DNA of 54,232 bases from an uncultured Candidatus Sumerlaeota bacterium. Lineage in GTDB: Bacteria; CAYMEV01. Under the pieces are notes generated by a model. That model was not told the DNA's origin, did no database searches, and saw only the letters and a program-made list of their open reading frames with translations. How positions within the stretch are numbered: the stretch's first letter is position 1; every line of letters begins with the position of its first letter. The DNA lies in NCBI GenBank assembly GCA_964389675.1, contig CAYMEV010000004.1, positions 124,001 through 178,232 of the forward strand, in the 5' to 3' direction. The position numbers were made by a program, and so were the translations under genes. Positions 50,168-54,232 of this stretch are shown one piece after another.

Positions 50168-51434
50168 ACTTCAAAAGAAAGTTTACTATATATTTGATCT
50201 GAATTTCTGAGCTTAGCCTGACTTTTTCCAATCCGTCCCTGATCTTATTATGTATGATGTCCCTGTTCTCTAATGCAGATCCTATAAACTCTATAAGTGC
50301 GGTAATATCCCTGTCTCTATAATCAAAAACATAATCCTGCAGCTCAAACTGCATCATGACTTCCTTGTATTTATGGCCCCAGCCCAGCACAATAACAGGA
50401 ATTCCAAGCTCCAGTGCTCCAATCATGGCATGGAACCGTGATACGATGTTAAGCTCGCAGCTATTCATCAGCCTCTTTATTCCTGCTGTGTTTATATCCT
50501 TCTTTACAATCAGGAGATTTTCAGGATATTCATTGAAGGCAGCAAGATACCTGCCAGTCTTTTCTATAACGGGAAGATCATTGTTTCTGAGCTTCCTGCT
50601 GTGCTCCCTGGTGGCATTAGGAAAAAGCAGTATCCCATATCCCATCCTGCTTATCCTCTTCACAATCTCTGATAACATATATATATAGTTCCAGCCTTCC
50701 TTTTTTGCTTTCTTTGCAATTACAGAGCTGGGACAGATACCTATCATTTTTATACCTTTTATCTTTTTATGGTTTATACTCCCAATAAGCTCATCTATAT
50801 ACTCAGGATTTTCCTCAGAGAGGGAATAGCACTCCCTGTAAAGGAAAGCAAGGTCGCTTGCCTTATCAATTTTATCGCTTTTCAGTCTGAGTTTTTTTAA
50901 ATTTAACTCAGTATCATGGCCCCTTGCAAATATTCTTTCACAGCGGGAAAGAAATGTTCTGGCAGGAAATTGGACCAGAGGATTACTGAAAGGTCCAATT
51001 GCCTGAGAGAATTTTACAACCGGCGTCCTGACCAATATGGATGGCAGGATTGTAAGAATATTATAGGGCATGAATTTTACCCTCCCATCCATAAAAGATA
51101 CTCCCGAAATATCTATTAGAACATCAGAATCATCCAGTGCTTTAACTGATTCCGGCATAAGATGCTTGAATCTATCAATACCAAACAGCTTTAGCAATCC
51201 AAGGATTGATGAAAATGGGAATATTATAAAAAGCAGGCTTGACGGTGCAGCAGGAAGAATATCAATACTTCTGTCATTGCATAAAGCTCTGTCTTTTATT
51301 GGATAATATGAAAAAATATTGAATTTTGTATCTGGCAGATGCTCCCTTATCTCGCCTATTACCGTACATAGCATTGCTTCTGCACCCCTGTTGCCTGAGA
51401 TAGTAGCCCCGATTAATGATACTCTTTTCATCAT
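50157..51434 (-). CDS. Polysaccharide pyruvyl transferase (WcaK-like)
   Basis: NRGAEAM, QAIGPF, SDLAF, SRFHAMIGA, WGHK. Confidence 0.85.
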   Translation of the reverse strand: MMKRVSLIGATISGNRGAEAMLCTVIGEIREHLPDTKFNIFSYYPIKDRALCNDRSIDILPAAPSSLLFIIFPFSSILGLLKLFGIDRFKHLMPESVKALDDSDVLIDISGVSFMDGRVKFMPYNILTILPSILVRTPVVKFSQAIGPFSNPLVQFPARTFLSRCERIFARGHDTELNLKKLRLKSDKIDKASDLAFLYRECYSLSEENPEYIDELIGSINHKKIKGIKMIGICPSSVIAKKAKKEGWNYIYMLSEIVKRISRMGYGILLFPNATREHSRKLRNNDLPVIEKTGRYLAAFNEYPENLLIVKKDINTAGIKRLMNSCELNIVSRFHAMIGALELGIPVIVLGWGHKYKEVMMQFELQDYVFDYRDRDITALIEFIGSALENRDIIHNKIRDGLEKVRLSSEIQIKYIVNFLLKYEK

Positions 51435-52543
51435 AAAGACTCCAGAGCTTTGATTATCAATAAATACAGCTTCAGCATCTTTCTGGGGATATAAAAAATC
51501 AAACTGGAATATTTTTTATTCTGGCTCCATCTGTAGTTAAAAATTATCAAAAAAGCCGTCAGGTACTGGTTCCATTTAACCCTTCTTCCGTATAGATCAG
51601 GTATATCCATTCCAAAGAGCTTGCCTGCCTTTTTCTTTGCGCTGGTATTATTATGGGTAGGGGCTGTTCTTGCCTGACCATCCAGTATATCCTCAATATT
51701 TACATCCTTTATCTTAATCAGCTTATCATCTACTGCTTTTTTAATAATATCAGCTGCTTTCTGATTTCTGCAAATAATGGAGCTGTATTTTATGCTGCAC
51801 CCTTTAAGATTATAAGACCATATATCGCCTATGGACAAATCTGCATAATATGCAAAATGATCACTGCAGTACAGGCATTTTTTCTGACAAAAGAAATAGA
51901 GATTCTGGTAAAGATTGAAATAATTTGATGGCTTTTCAATAATAGTATCATTATTAAATTTTGCAAGAGAATAGCCCCTCCACAACCCTGCCCTGAACCG
52001 GAAGTTAGTAAGGTGGCTTTTTTCCCCCGGGCTTATTTTGTCTATTATTCTGTCAATAAGCTCAGATCGTGAGTTGTGGCCACAGAAAAGACCTATTGTA
52101 AGCCATATTTTATCAGCATGAACCTTATTTTTCTGTAATTGTTTATGAAGATAATTTATATCACATGGAAGACCCACAACAGCCAGTTTTCCATCAAAAT
52201 CATCTATCAGTTTCAGGCATTTTGCAGCAAAATCAGTCTCAATATATATGCTCCCCTGACTAGAAAGCAGATCTTCTATACTACCTGCAATAAAGAATCG
52301 GGGTCTTACCTTATTGTCAGATAAAATTTCTGTTTTGCATACCAGAGCACCATCAATATTGCCTTTTTTTAAAGCATCAGCAAGTATTGCCGTGACAATC
52401 CCTCCTGATGATCCACCTAATCTAATTCGTTCATTCAGTGCAAAACCAATAAATGTGGAATTGTATTCACCCACCAGCCTTTCTATTTCCTGACTGGACC
52501 ATCTTTTCTTTATGATTTTCTGCAGAGTTTTGTTCAGATTCAT
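51431..52543 (-). CDS. FrhB/FdhB-family (F420 hydrogenase beta-like) protein
   Basis: SSGGIVT, SQGSIY, VGLPC, GLFCG, CLYC.D..ADLSIGD. Confidence 0.8.
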   Translation of the reverse strand: MNLNKTLQKIIKKRWSSQEIERLVGEYNSTFIGFALNERIRLGGSSGGIVTAILADALKKGNIDGALVCKTEILSDNKVRPRFFIAGSIEDLLSSQGSIYIETDFAAKCLKLIDDFDGKLAVVGLPCDINYLHKQLQKNKVHADKIWLTIGLFCGHNSRSELIDRIIDKISPGEKSHLTNFRFRAGLWRGYSLAKFNNDTIIEKPSNYFNLYQNLYFFCQKKCLYCSDHFAYYADLSIGDIWSYNLKGCSIKYSSIICRNQKAADIIKKAVDDKLIKIKDVNIEDILDGQARTAPTHNNTSAKKKAGKLFGMDIPDLYGRRVKWNQYLTAFLIIFNYRWSQNKKYSSLIFYIPRKMLKLYLLIIKALESL

Positions 52544-52714
52544 AGAAACAGTTACCCTTTTAAAAATTATAACACAATTAAGCCAAATGCAATCTAATTA
52601 TATATAGTTATAATAATTTTATTATCAGCTGTTTTCTGAAAAGATAAAAAGATTTATAAAGCGTAATATGGTTATAGAAGGTTCTATTTTCACAAAAAAG
52701 GAGCAAGAGGGTTC

Positions 52715-54181
52715 TTATTTGGGTTTAATTTTTATAATCCCTATTTCTTCTATCTTAATGAGATTTTCAATATTTCCAAGCCTTCGGGAGGCATTCACAG
52801 CTGTTTCTGCTTCCTCTAGATAATGAAGAAGCCATGCTTCAGTTTCAGCAGGCCTCTTGGGAATATCGTACCCAAGTGATAGGAAAGAACCCATGTCATA
52901 CCTGTAAAAATAATATTTGACAGGTGACCATATCAGCCCTGCTGTATAAATTTCATCTTCATGATTAATATTTTCCCGAAGATACACCACAGCCTGTCGC
53001 ACATTTAATCTTGAAACCTTTGTGTATTCAGGAATTCTGGATAAAGGGCATATTATAAGAACTAATGCACAAGCAATGCCAATAATTCTATACACAATAC
53101 GCCTGTCCAGCCAACTGTTTGAACAACCAAAGCCTATAATGACACTAAAAAAAGGGTGGATAAAAAGGATAAGCCTACCTGATACAATGGTCGGCTCACC
53201 CCCTATGGGATATAAGCTTAAAAAGGAAGCCAGAATAAGAAATATTACTGGAGCATAAAAAAGTATCAGATATCCGTTATCTCTCCTGGAAATGGATAAA
53301 GATCCCAAAATAAGTGCACCCAATGCTATAAAAATCTGATAATTTCCTGATAATGCAAAAGGGTGCTCAAGCATTGTAAATAATACAGCACCGTATTGCC
53401 TGATATGTGATAAATTTTCTGGAGGGAAGGTCAAAAAGCCTTTTTCCCAGTAGCCAGACATATAATCAAATCTGGAGAAGGAATTTATCATTGTAAAGAA
53501 TATAAAAAGAATAAGCCCTGTCAGGCACATCACTATAATAAGCCTGATTTCTTTGCTCTTTAAGATTCCTTTTTTTGCCTTTGAGTACCTGTGAAATAGT
53601 ATAGCAAGGATACTTCCTGGAATCACAAACATTACTGGCTGACTTATTATTGGGGTAATTAACAGCATGACCCCCAAAATTAAGGCATTTTTGCTGTTTT
53701 GATTTTCTATGTAAAGAAGGCTTGCAAATATGATACAGAGACATGCAAAAACATCCCCAGAATACTGCTTTAATTCGGAGGAAAATCTGATAAGGTATGG
53801 CCCAAAGGAAAAAAGGGAAAGAGAGATTGTTTTTGTATATAATTCTGCATTTAACAGAATTAAAATTCTCCATAATATAAATATTGATGATATACCAAAT
53901 ATAACAGGCCAAAGCCTCAGAGAATATTCAGAAGGCCCAAAAATAAACATGGAGATTTTTTGAATCAGCAAAAAACCTGCAGGAGCTACCTGACCGTAAT
54001 CCAGCGGATGAAAAAGAAGCTCAGCAAGAGATTTCTCAATAATATTCAGGGCAAGTTTTGCTTCATCAGCCCAGAGACTGCGATTAGACAGGTAAAAATA
54101 TAACCTCAGATTACAACCCGTGATTACTATGATAAGAGGTAAATATAATGGAATTCTTTCTTTTATTTGTTTAAAATAAGG
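52715..54181 (-). CDS. GT-C (PMT/ArnT-like) glycosyltransferase; frame extends 70 codons upstream of first canonical start (53971)
   Basis: Upstream frame reads ...RLYFYLSNRSLWADEAKLALNI...DYGQVAPAGF; downstream SEYSLRL, ELKQYS. Confidence 0.7.
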   Translation of the reverse strand, partial: PYFKQIKERIPLYLPLIIVITGCNLRLYFYLSNRSLWADEAKLALNIIEKSLAELLFHPLDYGQVAPAGFLLIQKISMFIFGPSEYSLRLWPVIFGISSIFILWRILILLNAELYTKTISLSLFSFGPYLIRFSSELKQYSGDVFACLCIIFASLLYIENQNSKNALILGVMLLITPIISQPVMFVIPGSILAILFHRYSKAKKGILKSKEIRLIIVMCLTGLILFIFFTMINSFSRFDYMSGYWEKGFLTFPPENLSHIRQYGAVLFTMLEHPFALSGNYQIFIALGALILGSLSISRRDNGYLILFYAPVIFLILASFLSLYPIGGEPTIVSGRLILFIHPFFSVIIGFGCSNSWLDRRIVYRIIGIACALVLIICPLSRIPEYTKVSRLNVRQAVVYLRENINHEDEIYTAGLIWSPVKYYFYRYDMGSFLSLGYDIPKRPAETEAWLLHYLEEAETAVNASRRLGNIENLIKIEEIGIIKIKPK

Positions 54182-54232
54182 TTATGTCAAAATTTTTCTG
54201 TAAATTTTTTAGCCTGAATCCTAAGTTATCTT

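Noticed and set aside
51431-52543. F420 hydrogenase or methanogen-type metabolism
   Set aside because: No other hydrogenase subunits; context is a glycan locus

Overview
Gene-dense chromosomal window from a diderm bacterium (complete tol-pal operon). Pilin type, a C25 peptidase and an MglA-like protein suggest an Acidobacteria-adjacent or candidate-phylum lineage; this is inference and was not searched. Left to right: a peptidoglycan-recycling operon (small Cys protein, Slt, AmgK-like kinase, unannotated GHMP kinase running off the edge); a stand-alone GAF gene converging on an MglA-GAF fusion; an acyltransferase/Zn-FHA/lipoprotein/C25/methyltransferase run; a divergent module of two coiled-coil genes plus a ParA ATPase that closely resembles Myxococcus PomX/PomZ but has no adjacent pomY; tol-pal; tldDE; an MltD operon; dnaN-recF-gyrB-gyrA-serS-like without dnaA; trmI, sugar transferases, a cohesin protein, a REC-DUF4388-J-TPR protein, folD, dapF; and an AT-richer island with two tandem sigma54-driven type IV pilins surrounded by GT-C/GT2/flippase/pyruvyltransferase/FrhB genes. 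Best leads: the PomX/PomZ-like module, a SerRS homolog with its serine-binding residues replaced, GyrB with an N-terminal 4-Cys ribbon, and the pilin-glycosylation island with three TGACA-N5-TGTCA palindromes. No rRNA, tRNA, CRISPR array or transposase was recognised. All family assignments come from motifs and recalled sequences, not database searches.
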